A DNA stretch of 64,000 nt from Raillietiella orientalis (taxonomy: Eukaryota), in contig JAYWIR010000044.1 of NCBI GenBank assembly GCA_036172245.1, positions 1,488,001 to 1,552,000 of the forward strand, given 5' to 3'. The notes under the pieces were generated by a model. It searched no databases. It saw only the letters and a program-made list of their open reading frames with translations, and was not told where the DNA came from. Shown piece after piece: positions 15,594 through 28,395 of this stretch (its first letter is position 1; every line of letters begins with the position of its first letter). The position numbers were made by a program, and so were the translations under genes.

Positions 15594-16177
15594 TCATCTA
15601 CGCCGTCGTCTGTGAGTGTGTTTTGGTGCTTTCACAAATGCCCAGTCCACACTGATAGGTTGACCCAACACTTCAGTTCCTGCTGATCCTAACAGGGCAT
15701 TTGAGGCTTCTTTGAATGTCTCAAATTCAACAAGAGCATAACCCTTGAGGAATCCTGTGCGACGGTCCATATTCAGATGCAAATTCTTGATCTCCCCATA
15801 TTCAGAAAATTTCTCCTGGATATCATCCTCCTGTGCCTCTTCATGGACTCCAGTCACAAACAGGATCCACCCTTCCACAGCTACAAACAAGACCACTGCA
15901 CTCCTCAATCCTAAACACCTTTTCCTTACAGCGCTGTGGGCCAGGAAGATCATCACCATCCACATCCACTGACTCATAAAGATTCACATCCGTTTTTGTG
16001 GAGCTGTCCAGCCCAAATCCCCGACCTTTTCGGTGTTTCACTTTCTCCTTGAGTTTTTGAACCCCTTCTGCAAACCACAGCAATGAACAGGAAACTTTTA
16101 CAAAAAACCACAAACTTACGATCTCCTTCCTCTTCCACTTCAAACTCTTCTGCATGGATGTCCAATACATCTGCCAT
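15594..16177 (-). CDS. RBM8A: RNA-binding protein 8A / Y14 (exon junction complex); exons 16177-16120, 16067-15930, 15880-15594
   Basis: Spliced product [19 protein letters not shown]...KGRGFG...[58 protein letters not shown]...[12 protein letters not shown] introns of 52 and 49 bp. Confidence 0.97.
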
Positions 16178-18659
16178 TCCTATGGAAAACAAGTCTCATT
16201 AAGATTACTCAAACACACATAAACGTGATATCAACTAAAAGCGTGCACTGCAGAGCTGAACACATGAATTGCATGTCTTGTCTACTGGAAAATCCTCCTC
16301 TCCCACCAATCCTAAGTACAATTTCCCCTAAACATTACTCATTTCACAAAAGTGGTATCACACACAAAGGTCTCAGTATCCTCTTATTACTACTGTTAGG
16401 CTGCAACAAATCTGCTCCCACGGATGCCTAGTACCTCCCATGCACTTTCACTACGGCTGGCAACCACCACTGCCTCGTGTTGTCAGGGTGGGAAACTGAC
16501 ATCGCAGCACAGCAATCTTGCTGCGCCTCCAAATAAAACTCTTCACTAACAATATGGGAAAACATCGTATGGATTCGCAATATCGTTTGAATTATCGATT
16601 CCTCCACCTTCTTTGAGGCTTTTAAGAAACTAATCCTGTTTGCAAAACAAAGTATGTGCTCAAGCTCGGATTGGAGCGCCATGGGCGTACCAAACCACAG
16701 AAAGCATTTCGATCCCCGACTGCAGTCAAAAGTTACGCACGTTAATCGTGAGAATTTTTTCATACGATCTGATATAGTTGACTACCCTCGAAAGTTTTGT
16801 TTTTTTTCTCGATAGTGTTTTCTTTTGTTGTTGCTTATTGGAGATGCACGGGTGAAAACTTTCAAAAACTCCAATGAGCAATAAATTCATTTTTACTGTA
16901 TATCATATCGTATCTAAGGAATCCTTTTCAGAATGGGTGACAAGCACAACGAAGCGATTACATCAGATGACTAAAGCAACTTACCTTCAAAATGTTCTGA
17001 GTACACAACAGTTGGCTATGGAATCAGAATAATATAATCGATGGTACACTCCAGACTCGCTACTAATGGTTTCCAGCAATCCCAATCATGCGGACCCGAT
17101 TCGCAGATTTCTATGGAGCGAAAGAAGCAGGGATGCCACGGTATCCTTTCTTTCGAAAAAAGCCCATAATTAGGGAATCTGTAGTTGTGTTGTGAATGGA
17201 ATATGACTCAGAGAAACTGCTATCTTCAGTCCAAAAATTTGAAGCTTCGTATTCGAAAGTGCTACAGGAATTTCGATCCTGCAGCACATGTCCCAGAACT
17301 CAAGAATCTTCTTTAGGTATTTAGCATTGACACAAGCTATGAAAAACAATTTCTAACGAAGGAATTTATTTTCATCTTCAAATGAAAAAGGAGTCCATCT
17401 TATGCCCTCTACACGACACAGAAAAGAAAGATATTTAATCTCCTATACAAGCTTCTTCCTTAATAACTCTCCAAAGCTCTGGGTTCCGAAATAATAAATT
17501 TCATTTCCAAGAAATCTGTGTACTCAAAAATAAATGAACTGCTTATTTTAGGATTACTAGTAACACTTATGAAAATCCATTACAATCTACAGTTCTACTT
17601 AGATACTAAAAATTCTTGTGGTGCGTGATGACCAGAGCCAGCTTTGATGAACTCGGAATGCATACCTAAGAAACTGACTTTGGCACCTGTGCACGAGAAT
17701 TGTAGCTTTCGCCGGCCGCAATGATAGTCTCTTTCACGAGCCCGCAGCTGCTCTTACAAGCTGCTGTTCGCCACCGCCCCGAGCAGCTTGGAAACCCCGG
17801 GGAATAGTGGATTTTAAGCGTCAGACACACTCACGAGAACAGCCACGTCTCCATGCCTGCGCAAGAGACAGAAGCGAACGTCCCAAGATCTAATTGTCGG
17901 TGCGGCGTTGACGACTACACAGACAGTTCGCAGCGCGGGACATGGGTCCTTTCTTTGCATCTTCTCCGTCCTGGTAGCAGCCAGTTCACCATTTGTGCGT
18001 TCCCAAATTCAATCTTCGCCACCTCATCCTCACGTATGCCAGTAGATCAGACTGCATCGTGTGACAAGGCGTGGTCTTCTCATCCCAGCATGCCGCACTC
18101 ATAACTTCCTATGGGAGAGATCGCTGTGGAAAGTGAGAGAATTCATAGAAAGAGGGAGGAGGGATGTCGATACTGCAGCTACCTGCTTAAGAACTTAAAA
18201 CCCCAGCTCACACCACCAGTAGTATGGGTACTCTGGGATTCCATATGGCTTCCAGAGACGCACTTTGAAATTTGCATGGAGAATGAGTTTCCTGAGTAAA
18301 GAAATCAGAAAGTTTCCCTCTTTCTCGTTTTTTGAAGAAATTTTTGTGTCTAAATATGGAAATCGGATGCTTGCCTTGCTCTTCGAAATTCGATCCCACT
18401 TAGCAGCCATCCGTTCTTGAGGAAAAGATCGACATCGTTCTGGAGACAACAACAGTGTTGCACTCAAGAAAAGTAAGGAGCGAAAGCACAGTTCATTACA
18501 GAATCCCATGTGCACCCATGCCGGAGCATGCCAGAAAGGAAAGGCGTTTCCGAGAGTACGTGTTTCGGTCGGTGGCTGATCTGAGCATGCACCTTTTCAC
18601 TCCGCAGGTATAAACGGTACCTGAAGCAGAAGAATGCGGTTCGACGTATTCGAGCCCAC

Positions 18660-19090
18660 TTGTTTTGCATCGACAAGTTTTCCACGAGACAGCCGTCTAG
18701 ATGCACGTTCGCAGAGCGAAAGCCGCAGGAAGTGCTCTCTTCTTTGATGGCCAGGATCAATTTCGGATTCCCTTTCGTCCCGATCCACGTGGCGTTCGAG
18801 CTCAGTGTGGCGCTGCTGCACGCACTGCACGACGGATCTCTCGATGTACTCAAGATCGACTAGACCGTTCCCAAAAGAATCTTGCATCACATCAGAGTCC
18901 CAGGATCTCCTTGGATGTTTGCTGCTACCACTAAGATGCGCGTCGACGGCGGCTCCGGGCAAGCTCGCTCCCTTCTACGCGCACTGTCGCAACCCTGCTT
19001 CTCGCCAAAAGCTGAGAAACCTGCCATCTTCTGGAGCAAGTCCGGAAGGCACGGGTTTGGAAGTTCTGGGAAGGCTCCGTTCCGGAGGCT
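18660..19090 (+). mobile_element. Possible decayed non-LTR RT thumb-region remnant
   Basis: Broken frame ARINFGFPFVP...KID*TVPKRILH...RVDGGSG resembles the xxDGGLG region after RT domain 7. Weak similarity only. Confidence 0.3.
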
Positions 19091-19094
19091 GGGA

Positions 19095-19293
19095 GCCACC
19101 CATTTCCAGGGCCGATTGCTACGGAAGGTAAGTCGTTCGTTACACATCCCTTAAAGGATTCCGACTTCCATGGCCACTGTCCTATTGTCTATAGCAACCA
19201 ACACATTTCGTGGGATCTGGTGGGCGCCGCATCAGGCGCCGTAACCCATTCATTTCACAGCTCCAGTTGTGTTCTCCAAAATGGGCTCACTGG
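19095..19293 (-). pseudogene. Degenerate 28S (LSU) rRNA fragment
   Basis: The + strand reads CCACCCATTTCCAGGGC...GTTACACA...GGATTCCGACTTCCATGGCCACTGTCCTATTGTCTATAGCAACCAACAC, the reverse complement of a conserved eukaryotic LSU core segment, with many substitutions and indels. No other rDNA nearby. Confidence 0.85.
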
Positions 19294-19871
19294 ATGCTTA
19301 TGGATCCAACAGTCCGATCTTCAGCTGAACAATGAAGAGTTATAATTTGTCATTGTAATCCTAATAACAGCAAAGTTACTGCTATCAAATCAGCATCCCT
19401 CCAAGAACACATTCAGCAACGACGGTTCCATACTGTCCAGTGTCAACTTCATAATGGCTTTGATGATTCTCAAGGAAAAATCAGTAGAAGAACATGGCAT
19501 TCAGGGCGAGCCGCTTGTGTCAGAAGAGAGTAGAAAACAGAGACAATAAGAGAAAATACTTCCAACGAATGCTTCGAAAATTTCCCAGATCTGTTCCATC
19601 CTCGAGGATCCCAGAATATAAAAGAATACTGAGGATGAACTAGAATAGACTTCCGTTAAATACAGATAAGTGCGCAAGAACGCAAAATGCTCTCAATCGA
19701 GGACGCGTAGGAAGTTCATTCCGAAAACATCATTCGAGGATGTAAGGAGCAATTTTAGGTCAATCTGCAGTTGCGAAATGATTTCGTAAGAGCAAATTGC
19801 GCTCTATAGATCCGGCGTAGAAATGCACATCCTGAAGCGCACGAATGGAAGCTAAGGCTCGGGAAGAAGTC

Positions 19872-21505
19872 TTTCACCCGGTCACGCCAAGTAGTTATTC
19901 TATAAAAAATAAACAAGTGAAGAAGGAAGTTTCTAGGCGACGACACCAAGAAACAAGGAGAAGGGTCTACTGGCACGCAGGCAGGGACAACAAATAGTCT
20001 GGAGTCGAGGAGGGAAAAGAGGACAACAAAAACAGAGTAGGAAGGGGCATGGATCTTTGAAGTCGCTCCTTTCGCGCCGCTATAAAAAAGAAAAACACCA
20101 GGAAAGCTGCTGATCAACCGGAGATGGGGAATAAGAGAAAAAAACAAAAGAATGAAGGAAGAGTGGGAGAAAGTGTCACCGTGTCCTCTGTTCCTAACCG
20201 CCCATCCACCTGCGGTGGATGACGGTGATCTCCTTGGCTTCATTTTCCAGATGGGCTACCTTACAGTCTCTCTGTTGTGCGTGGCTGCTATCCTTGTGAT
20301 CTCCTTTTGCTGGGCGGTGTTTTCCAGCACCTGTCGGGCTGCCACAATGGCACGATGCAACTCACGTTCTCAATTGCAGCTCCCGTCGAATTGCCTCTTG
20401 GCGCGAAAAACCGCCGCAGCACGGCTAGGGCAGTTTTCTCCTGGTGCAGGAATGCTGTTGCCAGTGTCCGCCACTGTTCATGGAAAACACCGCATTCCGA
20501 AAGCATGCTCAAAATCCACTCCTTCCTGCACACGGCGCAGGTCCGTGATGCAACCCCTCCCGGAACTCCAGGCTGTCGCTTGCTAAACTGGAACCTTCAG
20601 TGGATGAAGAGCAGTATGGCCTCTTTCCAAACGAGGAGGAACAACGAACCGCTTTTATATTGGGGACATACCACATTTTCTTCAGGAGCAACATACTCAA
20701 AAGTTCATACCAACGAAAAAGTCTCATCGCCACAGAACGCGCAGTAGCAGGATCCACCAGCTCGAGCGTCCTCCAGTCTCCAAGAAGTCTGTTTTTTCCC
20801 GCGGTGATGCACGAAATCTTCCGCTTCGTCAGCTGTTCACTGTCGTCTCTTGAGCTTAAGACAGACATTGCTGCGGAAATGGGCGTGGAAACCAGGCGAG
20901 TGCAATCGTCCTGGTACTGCAGAACATCCTCCAATAGTACTAAGAAAGCTGCACACAACGAAATCTGATAAGCAGCATTTGCTGATCCGTTTCACTGGAC
21001 CATGACGTCTCATGCTGCCACGCGTTTAAGTTGGTTAGGCAGCTGGAGATTTGGGAATACTATTTCAAGAGCGAGTTCCACTGCATGAGCAGAAAGCGGA
21101 ATCCTCTCGTGGTGCTCTGGGAATGCGGCGGCAACAAAAGCAGTTCTTCGCTGCCGGTGCAGCGCCAAAGTCGCAGGCGCGCGAAGCACACCACGGAGTC
21201 ATCCATAGCCTGGTAGAAAGCGCCAAGGAACTGCAATTGCAGCCCGATCCTGTCTAACGTCAAGGTGCCCAAGCTGGCATCCCAACGCGGAGAATTTAAG
21301 TCCTTGAGGCGTATCATTGAGTTCGCAGGTCCCCACATTGCGTTCCTCAACAGAAACAGCAAGCTGACATTGGCCGAGCTGAAAGGCAGAAAAAAAAAAA
21401 GAGAATGGCTGAGGAGGGAGACTGCAAAGGTGTTCCACTCGGAGGCCCCCTCCGGCAAGACGAGCTTCTCACCTTGGAAGGAGACGAGAGTGCTCTCTGC
21501 CTTAT
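19872..21505 (-). mobile_element. Decayed 3' part of L1/Tx1-type element (RT thumb to 3' end); left edge of the array
   Basis: LLRNAMWGPANSMIRLKDLNSPRWDASLGTLTLDRIGLQLQF and KISCITAGKNRLLGDWRTLEL match ORF2 of the copy at 56900-62805. A degenerate 3'-terminal motif lies at 19872-19899. Confidence 0.8.
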
Positions 21506-21508
21506 GTA

Positions 21509-21830
21509 GAGTCGGACGTGTATTTCGTTTGCTCCGCGAAAGCGAAAGGGCTTTTGTCTTCGAGCCGGGTAACCGGACATACTGAGCTTTGAAGGGTCGT
21601 TGACTCCCAAGTGCGTTTCCCCTTTCAGGTGCCTTAATCGGGTTATCTCCACTGGTATGTTTGCGTAGTAGCTAGGGTGACTTTCCCACATGGGTAAGAA
21701 GCCAAGAAAGGCAGAGGGCCTGCCTGTCACAGTAACGGAACGCGCCTCAGAGTGTCTTCCTCAGAAGTCCGTCGGCTTGTTTTCTTGCCTTGTTGGGAGA
21801 AGAACAAACGAAAAAAGGCTGTCAGAGGAG
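21509..21830 (+). mobile_element. 5' stub of a family member
   Basis: GAGTCGGACGTGTATTTCGTTTGCTCC matches the shared 5'-end motif (GGACGTG at 21514). Right boundary uncertain. Confidence 0.5.
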
Positions 21831-21849
21831 GGGAGATATTGAAGAATTC

Positions 21850-22515
21850 TTGATTGATCAAGGCCCAATCCAGCAAGTAGCACTTGCCTTTGATTTTCTA
21901 AGGCATTCGGACATGCTTCAGCAGTACAAAAGTCACCCGCTGGTACGCCAAGGTACTTAAAGTATCAGCCCGTGGGAAACCTCAAGCAGATCCAGTCCAC
22001 TTGCTATTCCAAGGACGCTCCAACCGGCACGACCGTGGACTTCGTCCTGCTGACGTCCAAGCCTGCTTTCCGGAGTATGAGCTCAAAGAATTCATCGATC
22101 TCCACCACCGGGGTGCATCTGGGCAATAGGAGAAGCAGGTCATCTGCGTAGACCGTCCCGCCGTCGTACATGGGCAGGACGTCAGGAAGTCTTAGAAGTA
22201 ATGACAGGCACAACAACTTGGTTCAGTCTGCCTTGAAACACATGCCACTGCCGGCCTGCAGGCCGGTGAGGCCCTCTTTGTAGTCGATGGTGAAGAGAAA
22301 ACCACAAACAAAAAAACCACAAAATATACAAAAACAACAGGCGAGGAAAATGTTTTTCGGGGACGGGAAATAAGGAAAGGGATCTCTGTTCTCTCCGAGT
22401 AGTCCTCTGCATCCCGTCAAGGATGCGGACGAGTGCTGGTCGTAAAGACCCTAGCCAGCGCCATCGAGAGGCCTTCTCCATGGAGATGGCCGACCAGTGA
22501 ATGGCATTCCGGCCG
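21850..22515 (-). mobile_element. Two decayed fragments: RT core (YADDLLLLLP) and an ORF2 C-terminus with 3' UTR
   Basis: ORF 22004-22216 VYADDLLLLLP...EFFELI. ORF near 22400-22515 RNAIHWSAISMEKASRW followed by a pyrimidine-rich UTR. Confidence 0.75.
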
Positions 22516-23120
22516 TTTCCCACCCGGGTGCGCTGGGGCGTTTATTTCTAAACCATACGGGAACAGGGTTCGTCACGGACAAAGGACACAAGAAAAAGAA
22601 TTGAGGGATTCTTGACACGCAGGTCGGTAAACCGAAAGTCTAAAACGGGAGAGAGGGGACCACAAACACACATGCAAAATACATAAATAAAGATATGGGA
22701 AGGGTAGGGGACAGGGGTCTTTGGTTCCGGCCGTTCCTTTCCTTCAGAACCGGCGGTGGATGCCCGAGATCTCGCTCCTCACGTCTTTCCGAAGATGGGC
22801 CCAATCGGCAGCCGACATCATGTTCTCGTCGGCTATTCCGGTGGCCTGACGTCCAATGGCCTGCTTCTTCAGCTCTGGGTGGAATTTGTTAATGGCGCGC
22901 CTCCTACAGACCGTTGCAATAAAAGCACCTGAGAACAGGCCTGCTAATGTGAAGAAGCGCCTCATCAAGTCCCTTGCGATACCCCCTGAAAGCAGGAGAG
23001 CTGATGCCAGGCTCCGCCACACTCCTTGAAGGACAATGCAGTCCAAGAGCAGGTGTGGGAGCGTCTCCACTTCCCCGTACCGTTTACAGTTCGGAGACAC
23101 AACTCCCCGCGTCCTTCTAG
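22516..23120 (-). mobile_element. 3' end of an element (zf-RVT-like region + 3' UTR), same subfamily as 30370-33955
   Basis: PNCKRYGEVETLPHLLLDC; 3' UTR visibly similar to 30370-30600; terminal motif AATAAACGCCCCAGCGCACCCGGGTG. Confidence 0.88.
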
Positions 23121-25046
23121 GGAGCGGACGTGGTTTGGCATCGCTCCGCGTACTGGTTGGTGGGAAACTTTTTGTTGGTTTTGTCTGGTGTGTGGGAGCT
23201 CCGGTGTCCAATGGCAGAAATGTCTGAGGACACCGCGATGGAAATTGGGGGGAGAGAGACGACTTGCTCTTCTCCACCCATGGAAGTGGGGGCACCCGCC
23301 CCCACAGAATCCGAAGCACTTACCACATCGAAATCTGGGACAACCGCCCCTTCGCGACCCTCTTCGCCAGTGGCGAAGAGTTGGAGTGCTGTCGTTGCTG
23401 CACCATCCCCGGCTGCAGTTGCGGAGCAGAATGCCTACAAAAACAGCGGCTACAAACCGTCGCTGATCTATAAGGTAGGCAGTGTATTTGACGAAAAGAT
23501 TGCACACTCCTTCGAAATAGAGCTGCAACGGCTGAATGTGAGGGAGGAAAACGTTGAGGGCCTCTCCGTCCTCAGTGCGGGACAGCGAGTCGAGCTGACC
23601 TGCAGAGATGCAAGTCTGGCGCAACGCCCGCTGAACACCCCTATTACGGTGACGGCCGCAGGATCTTCTCTGTGACGGAGGACCGCTCCGTCGTGGTCCA
23701 CCTCACAGGCGTGACACTACGGAAGGGCAAAACCGGTGTCCATGAGGAGTTGGCGAAACATGGTAATGTGCACGCGTATTGGGCCAAACCCAAAGTCTTC
23801 CGAGCGTACGGAAGGCTATTCAGTGGGATGGCCGCAGCCCGCGTCACCCTACCAGAGAATGGTGGGCTTCCCCACAAACTGAATATCGGCGAAGAAAAAG
23901 TCGATGTTTGGTACCTGGGTAAGCCCAAGTATTGTAGCCATTGCGATGCTACAGGGCATCTAAAAAAGCGGTGCCGTAACATCCAGTGCCACTTAGGTGG
24001 AAATAAGGACCACATCCGTAAGGTGTGCCCAAGAAGAGAAATCCCGCCCCCATCCGCTGCAAAAAAGGCAAAGGGGAAACGCACGGGAGAGACGCATAAA
24101 CAGAAACGGGCTGTAAACACCCAGATGCCAGTCCCTAAGCCCTCACAGCAAACATCGGTTGAGAACACTCCCGACGACGCTGGTGACGGCGAAGGCTGGC
24201 AGACGGTACAGCCACGAAGAAAACCCGGGAGTCCCGAACGAAACGCGGTGAAAACAAAAACGCAGCGCGAAAAACCGTGCCGCGAAAAGCTCCGCGCATG
24301 TTCGGTAAAATTAGAACGTGTGGAGGCACCCGATGCCGCCACCGGGGGAGCAATCCCCCCCTCGCGTCCGCCGAAGTTGCGACGGTCGATGGTGAACCCT
24401 CTGGCGAAACAGAGGGGCAAACGCGCGCCGCGCTCGACGCGATCGAGGAGGCCGCCTCCAGGCAGCCGGTGATAGAACTCACGGCTGAATTGCAAGGCCG
24501 TGAAAAGAACTCGCGAAAAGCCTTGCGAAGGCCGGCCGCGAGGAAGGCTCCGGAGGCAGGTGAGGCCGATCAGGACGTCGAAAGTGTGTCCTCTTCAGCG
24601 GAGGAGCCACCAAAGAAGACGGGACGGAAGTCTCAGAATCCCAGGAGGCGCATCCGGATCAATGAGGAGGCGGATGAATCGGCCCCCGAGGGGGAAGCCG
24701 GCAGCGTGGGAGGCGACGGTGGGAATCTCTCATTCCCCGACACCGTGCCGCTGGCGACCCCCATGTAGGAAGAAGTGCAGGTGAATGAACCCCCCCTTCC
24801 TCTGCACGGCACTGCCGACGATTTGGCCCTCATGGAGGAGGAAGAAGCGGTGCGCGACGCACCCCCTCCGCCTAGCGTTCAGCTCGACCAGGTGGTGGGA
24901 GCCCCATTGACAGTTTCCCAGGGTTAGCACCTGGGTTCGCCTGTCGCCGTCGGATCCGCGTAGCCTGCTGGAACGTCAACGTGCTGCGCGACGACGGCAA
25001 CAGGCGGGATTCGGCCGACACCCTGCGTGACTTCGAATTGGTGCTC
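23121..25046 (+). mobile_element. 5' part of an element: 5' UTR, frameshifted ORF1 (~23211-24927) and start of the endonuclease
   Basis: GGACGTG at 23126; YKPSLIYKVG motif; CSHCDATGHLKKRC knuckle; then ACWNVN. Truncated near 25046. Confidence 0.9.
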
Positions 25047-25730
25047 CCAGTTTGTGGGGAATCCCAATGTCCTTGGCTACCGTGATGCGCGCCGCGGCGA
25101 GTCCGCTTAGAAGTCCGTGGTAGGTACGGAATCTGTTGGGCTTCACCCACATTGCATGCACGGTGCCGAATTTATTCAGTTTAGCCCTGACGGCGCTCGG
25201 CGGCATCCTCAGGGTGATTCCGCTAAGGCGGACAACTATCCAGTTGTCCACTGGAACGGGGAAGAGCTAGCGGCCCTCGATCCTGACGGGGTTCGCAGCA
25301 GTGTTTGCGCCAACCCTGCTTCTTTGCAGGTCAGCTCGACATGCTGCCCCCGCTGCGGATGGATAGTCCCAACAGATCCACCTTGTTCACATTCATTCAA
25401 TGGAGATCCTGCTCGAAGGAGCGCGCCACACGGTCATCAAACAAATGGCCTACCTTGTACAGCATGCTGGGGTTGTAATTGTAGGCCTGGGCCTCGGCCA
25501 TGGAGCGACGACCACGGCGCTGTAGTCCCTCGCTAGCGCGGGGGACGATGCTTCGGGGTTGATACCACCAACTCCATGGGGACGAGGGACGTTCGACCGT
25601 CGACTCCTCCACATTTTCTAGTGGCGGGATCAGGTATTTCTGCCTTCCTTCGACCACTAAAACACCGCACTACACCAAGAAAAACGAGCGAGTCAGGAGC
25701 GCGCAAAAAAACCGTCCGACCATCGGCTCT
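25047..25730 (-). mobile_element. 5' stub of an element (5' UTR + ORF1 N-half)
   Basis: The minus strand begins GGTCGGACGGTTTTTTTGCGCGCTCC and encodes YNPSMLYKVG and KFGTVHAMWVKP...GIPHKL. Confidence 0.85.
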
Positions 25731-25731
25731 T

Positions 25732-27857
25732 TTATAACACCCGGGTGCTCCTGGGCGTTTATTTTTATAATAAAAAATAAACAAGCGTGTGCAGGGCTAT
25801 TGTCCCTACAGCGTCCGATCTTGGTTCTTATAAAAATGCTGAACTTGTCGAGTAGCCAGCACGCAAGCCGGCGAGTTCGACTAGACAGCGGAGGGAGAAA
25901 GGACAAATAAAAACAAAAAAAAGAAAACACTATTTACAAAAGTAGGGAGGGTTTGGGGAAGGAATCACGTTCCGCTGGGGTCGTCCTCTACATTCTTTTC
26001 AGGATGCCGGCAATTTCAGTCTGCATATGTTCCAGATGGGACCATCCGGCTGCCGTCCTCAGCAGGCGTAGGGAGGAGCAGATGATGTCCCTATCGTGCG
26101 CTCCACCAGTGGGGGTGCTCCAGGCCGCAACAATCCCTCGTTGGCAGCAGAGGGCAGCAAGGGCTGCGGCAGGCTAAAGGGCGTCGCGCACGAAGAGGCG
26201 CTTTAACACGTCTCTGGGATTGTTCTTGGCTGCTCCTAGGGCCGTTGCGAAAAAAAAACCACAGGGACCGGAGGGCAACACAGTCAAGAAGCAGGTGCAG
26301 GAGGGTTTCTCGTTCCCCGCACCTGGTACAATTTGAGTCCACAGGCCCCCTCGTCCAGTAAGAACGGCGGGCGTTGTTGGGGAGTCCCCAGTGCAACACC
26401 AAGAACGCCTACTCCTGCCACTTCAGGGGGAGGGCCAGGGTATTCTTCAGCAACGGGGGCCACTCGAGTACATCCAGCGGGATGCTCAGCAGATCGCCCC
26501 AGCGCAATAGTCTCTTCGGTGGGGCACTTGGAGTCCCAGCGTCAGTCAACTGGCCCGTGGTCCAACCACCATGTTTCTTCTCTCTTCTAGAGATGCTACA
26601 ACGAACCTTCCACTTGGCCGATTGGCTACTGCACAGGTGCTCCTCGAGGTGGGACAGAGCCTTGGAAAAAGAGGTCTTCTCAGCTCACGCACTCAAGGCG
26701 GGCAGCACGATGATGTCCTGCAGGGAGCGGCTCTTGTAAAAGGAGTGCAGAAGTCGCTGCCGCAACTCCGGGCTCGCATCCGCAATCTGGGACCACGTGC
26801 AAAGGCTCTCCTGCAACCAGGAAGTGCCGTTCGCGGGCCGGCAGGAGATCCAGGTGTTAGTCTTGGTCAGCGTGACCACTCGCCGAAGTGCCAGTCCGCA
26901 GTGGAAAAGGTACTGGCGTTTGCCGCGTGCTAGGAAGGTAGACAGTCCCGCGCAGCCGCTGGATCTCTGAACCAGGTATCGTGCAGGCTCGCACCAGCTG
27001 GTGCTCCATAACTTCGCCACTAGGGCTAACGTCATGAACTGCAGCTGCAGTTCCAGCCGCTCCAGCGTGTGGCGACCGAGGCGTCGATCGCGATGAGGAG
27101 CACACAAGTCTTTCAACGGGACTCGGGGCTTCCCTCTGCCCCAAATGGCAATCCTCAGAAGGTCCTTTGTCCATTTCTTCACACCGCAGAGTAAGGGGCA
27201 AAAAAAAGCAAGTGGCGAAAAAGGAGGGCCACGAACGTGTTACACACCATGTCCCGTTCCGGCAAGAAAAACTTGCCATCCAGGAACGGGTCGATCCCCT
27301 TCTAGGACTTTTGGAGGCAGCAAGACTACGCTTTCGCAAAGGAATACTTCGTTAACGGCACACCGAGGTACGTGAAGTACCGCACCGTGAGGATTCCCAA
27401 GGGGGATCAGTCTTGCTGCCCTGTACACGATGAAGCAACTGCAACCACGCACGATTTCGATCCGTTCACCTCCAGTCCTGTCCCTCGACTCAGCAGTTCG
27501 AAAAAGTTTTCGACCGCCGATGCTGGGGTAGAAATGGAAACAGCAGCAGAAGATCGCCCGCATACGACACCACGGACGGTGTACCTGGGCACATGCGCGA
27601 CAGGCGACCAAGAGTCTCCCTGTACGCCCTGAGCACTACTCGAAGTTGGTGCTGAAGAGCAAGGGGCTTAAGCTATCACCCTGCCGTATCCTGCGGCTCA
27701 CCGGCACACCAAACACGTTTCTTCCTCTGAAAGAGACATTGGTCTGCGCGTCGCGCCAGCAAGAGCGCAGAAAGGCCATCAAAGAGGACGGGAAGCCCAT
27801 GCGTTCCAGAAGATCCAGCAGGAGCTCCTGGTCGACGCAGTCAAATGCTTTTCGAGC
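25732..27857 (-). mobile_element. 3' part of an element (RT from KAFD to 3' end), degenerate
   Basis: KAFDCVDQELLL, IRQGDSLSPLLF and CTRCGERETLLHLLLDC; terminal motif at 25732-25763. Confidence 0.9.
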
Positions 27858-27859
27858 GC

Positions 27860-28395
27860 AGGGCGGACGTGTTTTCTCGGTGCTCCTCGGCGGCAATAAC
27901 GCTCTCTAGGAGCAAGCGTTCTGTGGTTCAGTGGTTGATCAGGCAGCGAGGCCTGACACGACCACCAGTGAGTGCCAGAAGGCGGCGGCAACGTCGAGCC
28001 CAGAGGCGATGGAGGTGGGGGTATCCGCCCCCACAGAATCGGTCCCCGCTGCAGAGCGGGCGTGGAGCGCCGTCGTGGCGACACCATCGCCTGCAGCTGC
28101 AGCGGAATTATCTACCTGTGTGGAGGATAGGTATAACCCCTCACTACTCTACAAGGTAGGAGATTTGTACTCTTCTGAGAGCGCGCGCGAATTCTCGAAA
28201 GGGATGCGCGCTCTCAATGATAAAGTGAAGGAGCACAGCGCGATGACCATTCGCAGCGGGGGTAGTACGTGGAGGTGATCTGCCGACAGGCAGATCTGGC
28301 CCAGCGTCTGCTCAAAACCCCCGTGGTGATGGAGACACGCAGGCTCCTTCCCATTACGGTGGACCGCAGTATGGTGTTCCATACTGCGGTCCACC
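27860..28395 (+). mobile_element. 5' stub of an element (5' UTR + ORF1 N-terminus)
   Basis: GGACGTG at 27865; AWSAVVATP and YNPSLLYKVG motifs; fused to the next copy. Confidence 0.8.

Noticed and set aside
19095..19293. Functional rRNA gene
   Set aside because: Short, isolated and altered at normally conserved positions.
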